A stretch of DNA of 27,095 nucleotides from Armatimonadota bacterium (GTDB taxonomy: Bacteria; Sysuimicrobiota; Sysuimicrobiia; Sysuimicrobiales; Humicultoraceae): assembly GCA_052386995.1 (NCBI GenBank), contig JBQTJP010000316.1:1-27095 (forward strand), written 5' to 3'. Below, in pieces: positions 16,541 through 25,212 of the stretch. The notes under the pieces are model-generated. The model saw only the letters and a list, made by a program, of their open reading frames with translations, was not told the DNA's origin and did no database searches. Position 1 is the first letter of the stretch; every line of letters begins with the position of its first letter. The position numbers and the translations under genes were made by a program.

Positions 16541-17944
16541 CTAGCGCCTGGTCCGGATCCGAAGCCGCACGTGACCCCCGACATCCGCGTCGGCGAGAGC
16601 CTGAAAAAGCTCGGCGCTCACGTGGATGCCGTCGTAGAAGCGCTCGAGGCTGAGATTCTCGTTGGGGCTGTGATTGTTCTCGTCGGCGTTGGCGTAGGGT
16701 ACGCAGAGATGGTCGACGCCGAGAATGTCCGGCCAGACCGCGTTCGGCAGACTCCCGCCGCTGCTCAGGTTCACAACCGGCTCGGCGCCGCGAACGGTTC
16801 TGATGGCACGTGCCACCACGGCCACGGCGGGGTGGTCGGGCCGCGTCCGGCTGGCTTCCATCGATCCGAAGCCCCTGGACAGCACCTGCACGCGCGGGTC
16901 GACCTTCGCGGCGTGCGCCTTCACCTTCTCGAAGATCTCTTGCGTCTTCTGGTCGACAACCAAGCGAAAATCCATCCGGCATTCTGCCTTTGAGGGGATG
17001 ATCGTCTTGGACCCCGGGCCGACGTATCCGCTGATGAAGCCGTTGATGTTGACGTACGGCTCCAGCATGATGCGCCTCCAGTAGGCCGGGCCATCCATGG
17101 CGATGGTCTCCAGTCCCATCGTGGCGGCAAAGGCCTTCGGCTCGAAGTCCATCTTTGCCAGGAGCGCCTCCTCCACCGCGCCAATGGGGCGCACGCGATC
17201 GTAGAAACCATCAATGAGCACGCGGCCAGAGGCGTCAACCATCGTGGCGAGCAGATGCACCAGCATCCAGACGGGATTAGGAGCCACCCCGCCCTTGTTG
17301 CCCGAGTGATTGTCGCGGTCGGCCCCTTGTGCCACCAGCGTAATGCCTAAGATACCCCGGTTGCCGAGTGAGATCACGGGCGCGCCTGAAGGGTGCAGGC
17401 CGCCGTCAGAGATGTAGACGAGGTCGGCCGCCAACCGGGCCTTGTGCTCCCGCACGAAGTTGCCGAGGTTGCGCGACCCGGACTCCTCCTCTCCCTCGAA
17501 GACGAACTTCAGGTTGATCGGCGGGCCGCCGCCGGCCTCCAGCCACGCTTTTGCCGCGAGCACGTGCGCGACCAGCTGCCCTTTGTTGTCGCCGGTGCCC
17601 CGTCCGTAGAGCCGGCCGTCTCGAATCGTCGGCTCGAAGGGCGCGCTGGTCCACAGGTCCAGCGGCTCGGGCGGCTGCACGTCGTAGTGGCCGTAGCAGA
17701 GCAGCGTGTAGGCGTTGGGGTCTTTGTGGATTTCCCCGTAGACGACGGGTTGGGTGGGAGTGTCGATGACCTCGGACGTGATCCCGCAATCGCGCATGAT
17801 GCCGGCAAGGAGCCGCGCGCATTCCTTCACGCCCGTGTCCTGCGCGCTAATACTCGGCTGCCGGATGAGGGTCCGCAGCGTCTGGAGGGCCTCATCACGA
17901 TGGTCGTCGATATACCGGTGGGCCGGCGCGGTGGACACGGACAC
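16541..17944 (-). CDS. M20/M25/M40 family metallopeptidase (dipeptidase/DapE-ArgE-like)
   Basis: GTG 17944 with GAGG RBS; YGHYDVQP, GRGTGDNKG, FEGEEESGS, HSG and NHSPNE. Confidence 0.93.
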   Translation of the reverse strand: MSVSTAPAHRYIDDHRDEALQTLRTLIRQPSISAQDTGVKECARLLAGIMRDCGITSEVIDTPTQPVVYGEIHKDPNAYTLLCYGHYDVQPPEPLDLWTSAPFEPTIRDGRLYGRGTGDNKGQLVAHVLAAKAWLEAGGGPPINLKFVFEGEEESGSRNLGNFVREHKARLAADLVYISDGGLHPSGAPVISLGNRGILGITLVAQGADRDNHSGNKGGVAPNPVWMLVHLLATMVDASGRVLIDGFYDRVRPIGAVEEALLAKMDFEPKAFAATMGLETIAMDGPAYWRRIMLEPYVNINGFISGYVGPGSKTIIPSKAECRMDFRLVVDQKTQEIFEKVKAHAAKVDPRVQVLSRGFGSMEASRTRPDHPAVAVVARAIRTVRGAEPVVNLSSGGSLPNAVWPDILGVDHLCVPYANADENNHSPNENLSLERFYDGIHVSAELFQALADADVGGHVRLRIRTRR

Positions 17945-17960
17945 CCAGGGAGCCTCTTGG

Positions 17961-18037
17961 TGGTCGGGGCGGCCCGATTTGAACGGGCGACCTTCTGGTC
18001 CCAAACCAGACGCGCTACCAAGCTGCGCTACGCCCCG
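17961..18037 (-). tRNA. tRNA-Pro(TGG)
   Basis: CGGGGCGTAGCGCAGCTTGGTAGCGCGTCTGGTT-TGG-GACCAGAAGGTCGCCCGTTCAAATCGGGCCGCCCCGACCA, 77 nt, C1:G72 and A73. Confidence 0.97.
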
Positions 18038-18045
18038 CAGAAGCA

Positions 18046-18075
18046 ATCGTATCAGAGCCGCTCTCGCAGCGTCAA
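18046..18075 (-). promoter_or_regulatory. Sigma70-type promoter of tRNA-Pro
   Basis: TTGACG-18 nt-TACGAT with a TG extension, ending 8 nt before the tRNA. Confidence 0.65.
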
Positions 18076-18172
18076 CGTCGTGCAAACGTCCCAAGACACT
18101 CCCCGGAGGAAATGACCTGCATCCCCCAGAAAGCACCGTCCATTCCCCCGCCGTGCCAGACCGAGGTGCAGA

Positions 18173-19816
18173 TTGAGCGCGAACGTCGAGTTCGAGCAGC
18201 TGGCCCACGGATTCCTCGCAGACTATCTCGAATTCTACCCGACCCTCGGGACACGTCTGGGCCTTCACGTGTACGATGGACGGCCCGGCGAGTATTCGAC
18301 CCTCGCCATCGACGCGTGGATCCGGACGCTGGGCATGTGGAACCGTCGCCTTGGGATCATCGACACACGAACCTTGGCGCGGCAGGAAGCGCACGACGCG
18401 GCGTTGATTGCGCAGGCCATCGGGTACGAGCGGTTTCAATGGGACACCCTGCGCGACTACCAGCGCAACCCCATCGCCGGGAGCTGGATCGTGGACGTCA
18501 CACCATATCTCAAGCGAAACTACGCGCCGCTTGCGGAACGGCTGCTGGCACTCACCAGCCATGTTGAGCAGATCCCGCGCGTTCTCGAGGAGATGCGGGG
18601 ACATCTGCGCGCCGAGCTGCCCCGTCCGATCGTCGAGACTGCGAAGGAAGTCTATGAGGGCTATCTTTCGTTCTATAAGACCTCCCTCCGCGAGGCGGCC
18701 GGCGGCACGGGTGACGGCGCGCTGCGCGCGCGGTTTCAGGCGGCCCTGGATGAGGCCGTCGAGGCACTCACGGCGCACCTTAGATTTCTGGCGGAGGCCC
18801 ACGATCGGGCCACCGATGAGGTGGCCATCGGCGAAGCGAACTTCACCGGTCTGCTGCGCACCGGTGAGCTCGTGGAACTGCCCCTGGAACGCCTGATCGT
18901 GCTGGGTGAGGCCGAGCTGGCACGGCTGGCCGGAGACGTGCGGGAGACGGCCGCGAGGATCGACCCGCGCGCCGATCCTCGTGACGTCATGACACGGTTG
19001 GGCGACCAGCATCCTGCCGCCGAGGCGCTCATCCCCGAGACGGCGGCGATGCTGGAAGGACTCCGGCGCTTTCTGGTCGAGCGCGAGATTGTCACGCTGC
19101 CGTCGGACGTGCGGCCCATCGTCGCGGAGACGCCGCCGTTCGACCGGTGGGCGTTCGCGATGATGGACACGGCGGGCCCGCTGGAGACGGCCGCTACGGA
19201 GTCGTATTACTATGTCACACTGCCCGAGCCCGACTGGCCGCCCGAGCGCCGCGAGCAGTGGCTGAGCAAGTTCGATTACGCGACACTCAAGGCGACGAGC
19301 ATCCACGAGGCCTACCCGGGGCACTTCGTGCACTTCCTCCACGTTCGGGGCGCGCCGACCCTGGTCAGCAAGGCGCTCACCTCGTACTCGTTTGTCGAAG
19401 GATGGGCCCATTACTGCGAGGAGATGATGCTCGAGGCCGGCGTCGATTCCGACCCGAAGTTCAGGCTCGCCTACCTGGCCGAGGCGCTGGTGCGGCAGGT
19501 CCGCTACCTCGCTGCCATCCGAATGCACACCGGGGATCTCTCCGTGGCTGAGGCCCAGCAGATGTTCGAGCGGCACGCGTTCATGGAGGCGGCGACCGCG
19601 CAGAAGGAGGCCGTGCGCGGCACCTTCGATCCGGGTTATTTGAATTACACCCTGGGAAAGTTCATGATGCGCCGGTTGCGCGACGACTACCGCGCGCAGC
19701 GCGGCTCGGCGTACTCCCTGTGCGAGTTTCACGACCGCCTGCTGGCCCTGGGAGCCCCTCCCATGCCGCTCGCGCGGAAGGCGCTGCTCGAGCGCGATTC
19801 AGGCGTGATTCTCTAA
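18173..19816 (+). CDS. DUF885 family protein (putative metallopeptidase fold)
   Basis: TTG start with GAGG RBS; HEAYPGH, FVEGWAHYCE, YLNYTLGK and FHDRLLALG. Confidence 0.92.
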   Translation: MSANVEFEQLAHGFLADYLEFYPTLGTRLGLHVYDGRPGEYSTLAIDAWIRTLGMWNRRLGIIDTRTLARQEAHDAALIAQAIGYERFQWDTLRDYQRNPIAGSWIVDVTPYLKRNYAPLAERLLALTSHVEQIPRVLEEMRGHLRAELPRPIVETAKEVYEGYLSFYKTSLREAAGGTGDGALRARFQAALDEAVEALTAHLRFLAEAHDRATDEVAIGEANFTGLLRTGELVELPLERLIVLGEAELARLAGDVRETAARIDPRADPRDVMTRLGDQHPAAEALIPETAAMLEGLRRFLVEREIVTLPSDVRPIVAETPPFDRWAFAMMDTAGPLETAATESYYYVTLPEPDWPPERREQWLSKFDYATLKATSIHEAYPGHFVHFLHVRGAPTLVSKALTSYSFVEGWAHYCEEMMLEAGVDSDPKFRLAYLAEALVRQVRYLAAIRMHTGDLSVAEAQQMFERHAFMEAATAQKEAVRGTFDPGYLNYTLGKFMMRRLRDDYRAQRGSAYSLCEFHDRLLALGAPPMPLARKALLERDSGVIL

Positions 19817-19833
19817 GTCTGGACAACGGATCT

Positions 19834-20601
19834 TTATGTCGGGGGCTTGCCCTGCTGCCGCGCTCGAGCCTTCAGCTCTTCGGCTTTGGCCCGAGCCGCC
19901 GCGATGCGCTCCTCGCGGCTCATCTCAGCGCCGGGCGCGGGTGGAGCCGCGGGAGACGGCGGAGCCGGTTCGGCGGTCGCCGCTGTCGCGGAGGGCTCGG
20001 CCGCTGGTGCGGCGGGTTTAGCCGGCGCGGGCCCGGCCGGTCTGATGACTGCGGCCGCCGCAGGCTTGCTGGATGCTTCTCGGGCCAGCTCGGTGGTCCG
20101 CGGCGGTCGCGTTTGCTCCAAACCGAGAAAGTCCGCAATCAAGTGCCGGGTGAGGAAATCCGAGACCTCGGCTACCTTGGCCGTGTCACCCGCCATCGCC
20201 GACTCGACGAGCGTCCGGTCGATGCGGTAGGTTTGCACGCGCTCTCCGTCATTGAAATGCACGAGTGGATGACCCTTGGAATCCTCGAGCACGAGGGTCT
20301 GGACGCGCGCATTGAGACGTTGGGCAATATCGGTCGCTATCTGGGCGACCCACTCACGTTTCGCGTCCGGTCGTTGCCCGGGACCCGAGAGCATGGTCTC
20401 CGCAACCGTACGTCCGGTCAGCGGGTTGGGATCGAGCGCGGGGCCCCGTCGAGTGGCGCGCTTCTTGCGGATGGCCTCGCGCACCTCGCTGGTGATGTCG
20501 AGCGATGCGACGATGGCGGCGAACACATAAAACACGAAGACGGCGAGCGTCAAAGACCAGTAACGCAAGAACCCGCTGAGATCCACGGCCCACCCCTGCA
20601 C
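19834..20601 (-). CDS. Hypothetical single-pass membrane protein with Pro/Ala-rich linker
   Basis: N-terminal TM helix, globular middle, PA-rich linker and charged terminal helix MSREERIAAARAKAEELKARA. Confidence 0.7.
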   Translation of the reverse strand: MQGWAVDLSGFLRYWSLTLAVFVFYVFAAIVASLDITSEVREAIRKKRATRRGPALDPNPLTGRTVAETMLSGPGQRPDAKREWVAQIATDIAQRLNARVQTLVLEDSKGHPLVHFNDGERVQTYRIDRTLVESAMAGDTAKVAEVSDFLTRHLIADFLGLEQTRPPRTTELAREASSKPAAAAVIRPAGPAPAKPAAPAAEPSATAATAEPAPPSPAAPPAPGAEMSREERIAAARAKAEELKARARQQGKPPT

Positions 20602-20662
20602 AATCTGTAATTCTGTACCGAATACTTGGTCGAGAGCCCAGTGGCTTCCTGCCGCAGAGGAA

Positions 20663-21289
20663 TCACGGGCGCGGGGGTGATTCGACAGCCGAATCCGAAG
20701 CTAACGACTCAAGGTACGGACGCGCGGCGTCGAGTGCGCGGGCCCGGTGGCTGATCCGATTCTTGACCTCGGGCGGAAGCTCGGCCATGGTCCGCCGGTC
20801 GGCGGCGACCACGAAGATCGGGTCATAGCCAAACCCGTCCTGTCCGCGTGGCGCCTCGGCGATGCGGCCCGCGCAGGTCCCCTCGAACGTCCGCACCGTC
20901 CCATCGGGGGTCGCGATTGCGACGACCGCCCGATACCTGGCTGTGCGCGCCTCCTCGGGCACTCCCCGGAGGCGCTCGAGCACCCAGGTGTTCCGGTCTG
21001 CATCCGTCGCGGCCGGGCCCAAAAACGTCGCCGAGTGCACGCCCGGCGCGCCACCCAGAGCATCGATCTCGATCCCCGAGTCATCGGCGAGGGCGGTGCA
21101 TCCGGTCAGACGAAGAACGGTCACGGCCTTTGCGATGGCGTTGGCCTCGAACGTCTCGCCCGACTCTGGAACGGTCTGAATGCTGGGGAAATCGTCAAGC
21201 AGCCGCAGCTGCACCGGTAGCCCCGCGAGCAGTGCGCGCAGCTCACGCGCCTTCCCACGGTTGCGCGTGGCGAGGACGATGGTACGCAC
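20663..21289 (-). CDS. rdgB: XTP/dITP diphosphatase (Ham1 family)
   Basis: LATRNRGK, ADDSG, GFGYDPIF and KNRISHR; directly downstream of rph. Confidence 0.96.
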   Translation of the reverse strand: MRTIVLATRNRGKARELRALLAGLPVQLRLLDDFPSIQTVPESGETFEANAIAKAVTVLRLTGCTALADDSGIEIDALGGAPGVHSATFLGPAATDADRNTWVLERLRGVPEEARTARYRAVVAIATPDGTVRTFEGTCAGRIAEAPRGQDGFGYDPIFVVAADRRTMAELPPEVKNRISHRARALDAARPYLESLASDSAVESPPRP

Positions 21290-21291
21290 CG

Positions 21292-22026
21292 TTATCGTGG
21301 CAGCGTGGTCAGCAGCTCACTCAGCGCCGCCTTCTGTGCGGCGACGAGCGTCCGGATCCCCTTTTCGCCCAGGGCGAGCAGCGCCGAAAGCTCCTGCCGG
21401 CTGAAAGGTGCGCCCTCGGCCGTACCCTGAACCTCGACGATCTTGCCCGACTCGGTCAGGACCAGGTTCAAATCGACCCGGGCGCGCGAGTCTTCCGCAA
21501 ACGTCAGGTCGAGCAGCATCTCACTTTCGACGATGCCCACGCTGGTCGCCGCCACGAATTCACGCAGCGGCCACCAGCCGAGCGCCCCGGTGCGCCGGAG
21601 CACGGCCAGGGCGTCTGTCAGCGCGACGAACGCCCCGGTGATCGCGGCTGTTCGCGTCCCGCCGTCGGCCTGAAGGACATCACAGTCCACGGTGATCATC
21701 CGCTCGCCCAACCGGTCGAGGTCGACCGCCGAGCGCAGCGAGCGGCCGATCAGCCGCTGGATCTCCTGCACGCGCCCGCCCTGCCGGCCGGGATCGCGCG
21801 GGGTGCGCTCGAGCGTGGAGCGGGGCAACATGCCGTACTCTGCCGTAATCCACCCACGGCCTGCCCCGCGCAGCCACGGCGGCACGCGCTCTTCCGCCGT
21901 CGCGGTGCAGACGACGCGCGTGGTGCCCAGCGTTATCAGCACCGAGCCTTCGGCGTGAGGGATGAAGTTCCTGACGATCTCTACCGGCCGCAGGTCGTCG
22001 GGCTTGCGGCCATCGGCCCTCGGCAT
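21292..22026 (-). CDS. rph: Ribonuclease PH
   Basis: [52 protein letters not shown] and EVQGTAE. Confidence 0.98.
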   Translation of the reverse strand: MPRADGRKPDDLRPVEIVRNFIPHAEGSVLITLGTTRVVCTATAEERVPPWLRGAGRGWITAEYGMLPRSTLERTPRDPGRQGGRVQEIQRLIGRSLRSAVDLDRLGERMITVDCDVLQADGGTRTAAITGAFVALTDALAVLRRTGALGWWPLREFVAATSVGIVESEMLLDLTFAEDSRARVDLNLVLTESGKIVEVQGTAEGAPFSRQELSALLALGEKGIRTLVAAQKAALSELLTTLPR

Positions 22027-22053
22027 GAGCAGTCCTCGCAGAACGGCAAGTCC

Positions 22054-22215
22054 CGCCGGCGTTCGACGTCTCGGACTCCGGGATGGGGTTCGCGCCGGTC
22101 CCCGACGACTCCTGGGCTCTGCTCCGCGCAGAAGGTCAGAGGAATATCAAGCCCGGAGTCTTCGGAGGGATCCTCTTCAATTCAGAACAGTGGGCGTGGA
22201 CGCAGTAAGCCGGCG
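22054..22215. ncRNA. Structured RNA candidate (rod-like, 6S-like architecture; identity unconfirmed)
   Basis: Closing pairs CGCCGGC/GCCGGCG and CGTC/GACG, poorly paired middle, and a 20-bp central stem at 22097-22172, inside a 193-bp gap in an otherwise compact gene run. Confidence 0.35.
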
Positions 22216-22219
22216 TCCC

Positions 22220-24031
22220 TCAGTTTGACGGAACCGGATAGACGACCAGAAACCGCTGCACGCCACGCATGATCGCTTCGGCGACCCGCTGCCGGAACGC
22301 ATCGGCGCGCAGCCGGGCTTCCTCCTCGGCATTGGAGAGATACCCCACTTCCACCAACACCGCGGGCACGTCGTTCTCGCGTAGCACGAGGAAGTTCGCG
22401 GTCTTGACGCCGCGGCTGGCCAACCCGGCCACCTTTGCGAGCTCATCCTGGATCATCTGCGCGAGCGCCAGTCCCTGAGGCATGAGGTAGTACGTCTCGG
22501 ACCCCGTAGTGGCCGGGCGCGTCGACGCGTTGCCGTGGATGCTGACGAACACCGTCGCACCCTGCGCCCGGGCCGCGCGCGGCCGCTCGGCGAGGTCGAC
22601 GTAGACGTCGGTCTCTCGGGTCATGACGACCCTGATGCCTGCCCGAACGAGGAGCTCGCGCACGCGCTGCGCGACGTCCAGCACGAGATCCTTTTCCAGC
22701 AGACCGGTCGCGCCGGTGGCTCCCATGTCCCGACCGCCATGGCCGGCGTCGATGGCCACGACATGGCCGCGCGTCGATGGGTCGGGGATGTCGATGACCA
22801 GCGTGTTTCCGTTCTCGCCGGGGGTCACCGTATAGGCCGCCTTGCGCCGCAGGACGACCACCACGCGCGTGACGTCGGGGTCCGCCTGGAACTGCGCGGC
22901 GCGCACCTCGGCAACGAGCGCACCCGCCACCGGAATCTCCTGCTTGGTGGGAACGAAGACCGCGCCGGCCACGTCGATCACGAGCCGGTCGGGATCGACG
23001 AGCTCGCGGATCGTGTGCTCAAAGGGCCTGGTGCCCTCGATCAGAACGCGAAACCGGCCGCCGGGCTGCTCGATGCGCACCTGGAGAATCTTCAAGGTGC
23101 CGTCGTCGGGGACCGGGTACGCCGGCCCGGGCGGCGCCTGCGAATTGTGATCCTCGTGCATCGGCGAGCCACCTGGAGCCGGGGGCGGCACGGGCGCGGC
23201 CACAGGCGGCGTCGTTGGGCCGGGTGTCGCGGCCACGGGTGCGGGAGCGGGTGCGGGTGCGAAGGCGGGTGGAGGCGCTGATGCTGTCACCGCGCCGCGT
23301 GGGCTGACCTCGAGCGTCACATCGAATGATCGCGGGGCCATCGCGATCCGCACATCGACGGGCTGCAGCAGGTCGAAGACGATGCGGGTGACATACGGCT
23401 TGATCTGGAACTGTGCGGCCCGCAGGCGCGTCACGCCCGAGTGGCGCACCGCGATGTCCTGATCCGCCAGCCGAAACGCGCCGCCGTGCAGGTCGACGAC
23501 CAAACGGTCCGGATTGGGCAGGGTGCGGCTCTCGACCCGCAGCGGGCCCGTGGCATCGAGGAGAACGCGGACTGCATCGGGCGCGCGCTGGACGGAGAGG
23601 CCGGTGATCTGCGAGGCGACATGAAGAACGCGCGCGGGCTCGTCATAGCGAACCCACGCTCCCAGGGCCGCGAAGACGAACTGGGCCGGCACGAACACGA
23701 GATCGCCGACAAGCATCGGCGCCGCGGGCAGGGTCCGAGGCTGGCCGTTCACATGGGCGGTCGGCTCGCCCGGATGCAGACGGATGGTCAGGCCGGTCCG
23801 GTTCGAGATGACGAGAGCGCGTTCGTTGGGCAGCCAAACCGCCGCGGCGCTGAAGGCCTCGAACGCGCGGGCCGCGGGGACCATCACTTGACCGCCCTGC
23901 AATATCGGGGGTGCGGCCAGCGTGAGCGGCGACCCGTTCACGATGACACGAATGGCAGCTTGACCTGCGGCCGGTGCGACAACCACCGCCGCGAGTCCCG
24001 CTACCAGAAGCCAGATGATGCCAGAGCGCAT
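22220..24031 (-). CDS. N-acetylmuramoyl-L-alanine amidase (Amidase_3) with stalk (Cu amine oxidase N-like) and two AMIN domains
   Basis: Probable start ATG 24031 with signal peptide; two PDRLVxD...RAAQFQ..xTRxV AMIN repeats separated by a Pro-rich linker; IDAGHGG, EKDL, SIHGNA and LVEVGYLSN zinc ligands. Confidence 0.93.
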   Translation of the reverse strand: MRSGIIWLLVAGLAAVVVAPAAGQAAIRVIVNGSPLTLAAPPILQGGQVMVPAARAFEAFSAAAVWLPNERALVISNRTGLTIRLHPGEPTAHVNGQPRTLPAAPMLVGDLVFVPAQFVFAALGAWVRYDEPARVLHVASQITGLSVQRAPDAVRVLLDATGPLRVESRTLPNPDRLVVDLHGGAFRLADQDIAVRHSGVTRLRAAQFQIKPYVTRIVFDLLQPVDVRIAMAPRSFDVTLEVSPRGAVTASAPPPAFAPAPAPAPVAATPGPTTPPVAAPVPPPAPGGSPMHEDHNSQAPPGPAYPVPDDGTLKILQVRIEQPGGRFRVLIEGTRPFEHTIRELVDPDRLVIDVAGAVFVPTKQEIPVAGALVAEVRAAQFQADPDVTRVVVVLRRKAAYTVTPGENGNTLVIDIPDPSTRGHVVAIDAGHGGRDMGATGATGLLEKDLVLDVAQRVRELLVRAGIRVVMTRETDVYVDLAERPRAARAQGATVFVSIHGNASTRPATTGSETYYLMPQGLALAQMIQDELAKVAGLASRGVKTANFLVLRENDVPAVLVEVGYLSNAEEEARLRADAFRQRVAEAIMRGVQRFLVVYPVPSN

Positions 24032-24192
24032 ACAGCACCGGTTCCGGTGCGCCGGCCACCTTCCCCTATGCTCTCGTGCCCTCCGGCCTATCCCGTAAGA
24101 CGCTGGCGTTCGGCACAGTGGGGGAAACTCCTGCAGCAACGCGAAATGCCCAGCAGACACCCGCTTCAGCCGCGACATTTCGGGAGGCGCCC

Positions 24193-25212
24193 GTGCACAT
24201 CGATGCCCGTCTGGAACCAAGAACGCTGGCGGAGGTGCCTGAGATTGCCAGAACCGCGGAACGGCTCGGCTTCGACGGATTGTGGACGAGCGAGACCGAG
24301 CACGACCCGTTCTTGGGCCTCGCTCTGGCGGCCGAGCACTCGAACCGCATCACGATCGGAACCTCGATCGCGCTGGCATTCACGCGGAGCCCGACGACGC
24401 TGGCGCACACCGCGTGGGATCTGGCGTCGCTGTCCTCAGGCCGCTTCGTGCTCGGGCTGGGCACGCAGGTGCGCGCGCACATCACGCGACGGTTTGGTAT
24501 GCCCTGGGATCCGCCGGCGCCAAAACTGCGCGACGTCGTCGGCGCGATCCGCGAGGTGTGGGCGGCGTGGACCGAGCGGCGTCCGCTGAACTATCGCGGC
24601 AGGTTCTTCACCCTCTCGCTGATGACCCCGTTCTTCACCCCGCAGGGCGACCGGCCGCCGGGCCTGAGGATCGACGTCGCCGGCGTGGGCGCCCGAATGT
24701 GCCGCCTGGCCGGCGAGATCGCCGACGGCTTTCACCTGCATCCGTACCATACGAGGCGGTACCTGCGTGAGGTCGTCCTCCCGCAGCTTCAGGCCGGCCT
24801 CGCGCGCAGCGCGCGGGCGCGGGGCGACTTCACGGTCACCGCATCGGTGTTCGTGGCGACCGGGGCCGCCGCTGAGGTCGCCGGCGGGTTGGAGAATATC
24901 CGGCGGCATCTCGCGTTCTACGCTTCGACACCCACGTACCGACCTGTGCTCGATCTGCACGGATGGGGTGAGATCGGCGAGCAGCTCAGCCGGTGTGCGG
25001 CCCGCGGACAGTGGCAGGACATGCCGTCGCTCGTCACCGACGACATGCTCGAGGCGAGCGCGGTCTGGGGCGCTCCGGCGGACGTGGCCGCACGCCTGAA
25101 CGGAGAGTACGCCGGCCTGATCGACCGGCTGGGCATTTACGAGCCGGTCGTTCCCGGACGGCGCGCGGATGTGTGGCGCGCGCTCCTCGACGGGCTGAGG
25201 CGCGCCGCCTAA
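24193..25212 (+). CDS. LLM-class (probably F420-dependent) oxidoreductase
   Basis: GTG 24193 with GGGAGG RBS; ETEHDPFL, AFTRSP, GRFVLGLGTQVRAHITRRFG, LMTPFF and FYASTPTY, typical of the TIGR03617-like group. Confidence 0.9.
   Translation: MHIDARLEPRTLAEVPEIARTAERLGFDGLWTSETEHDPFLGLALAAEHSNRITIGTSIALAFTRSPTTLAHTAWDLASLSSGRFVLGLGTQVRAHITRRFGMPWDPPAPKLRDVVGAIREVWAAWTERRPLNYRGRFFTLSLMTPFFTPQGDRPPGLRIDVAGVGARMCRLAGEIADGFHLHPYHTRRYLREVVLPQLQAGLARSARARGDFTVTASVFVATGAAAEVAGGLENIRRHLAFYASTPTYRPVLDLHGWGEIGEQLSRCAARGQWQDMPSLVTDDMLEASAVWGAPADVAARLNGEYAGLIDRLGIYEPVVPGRRADVWRALLDGLRRAA

Noticed and set aside
16541..19732. 1063-aa ORF suggesting a giant fused M20 peptidase
   Set aside because: The N-terminal ~595 codons are the antisense shadow of DUF885 plus intergenic DNA and tRNA-Pro. 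M20 similarity begins only at 17944, which has its own RBS.
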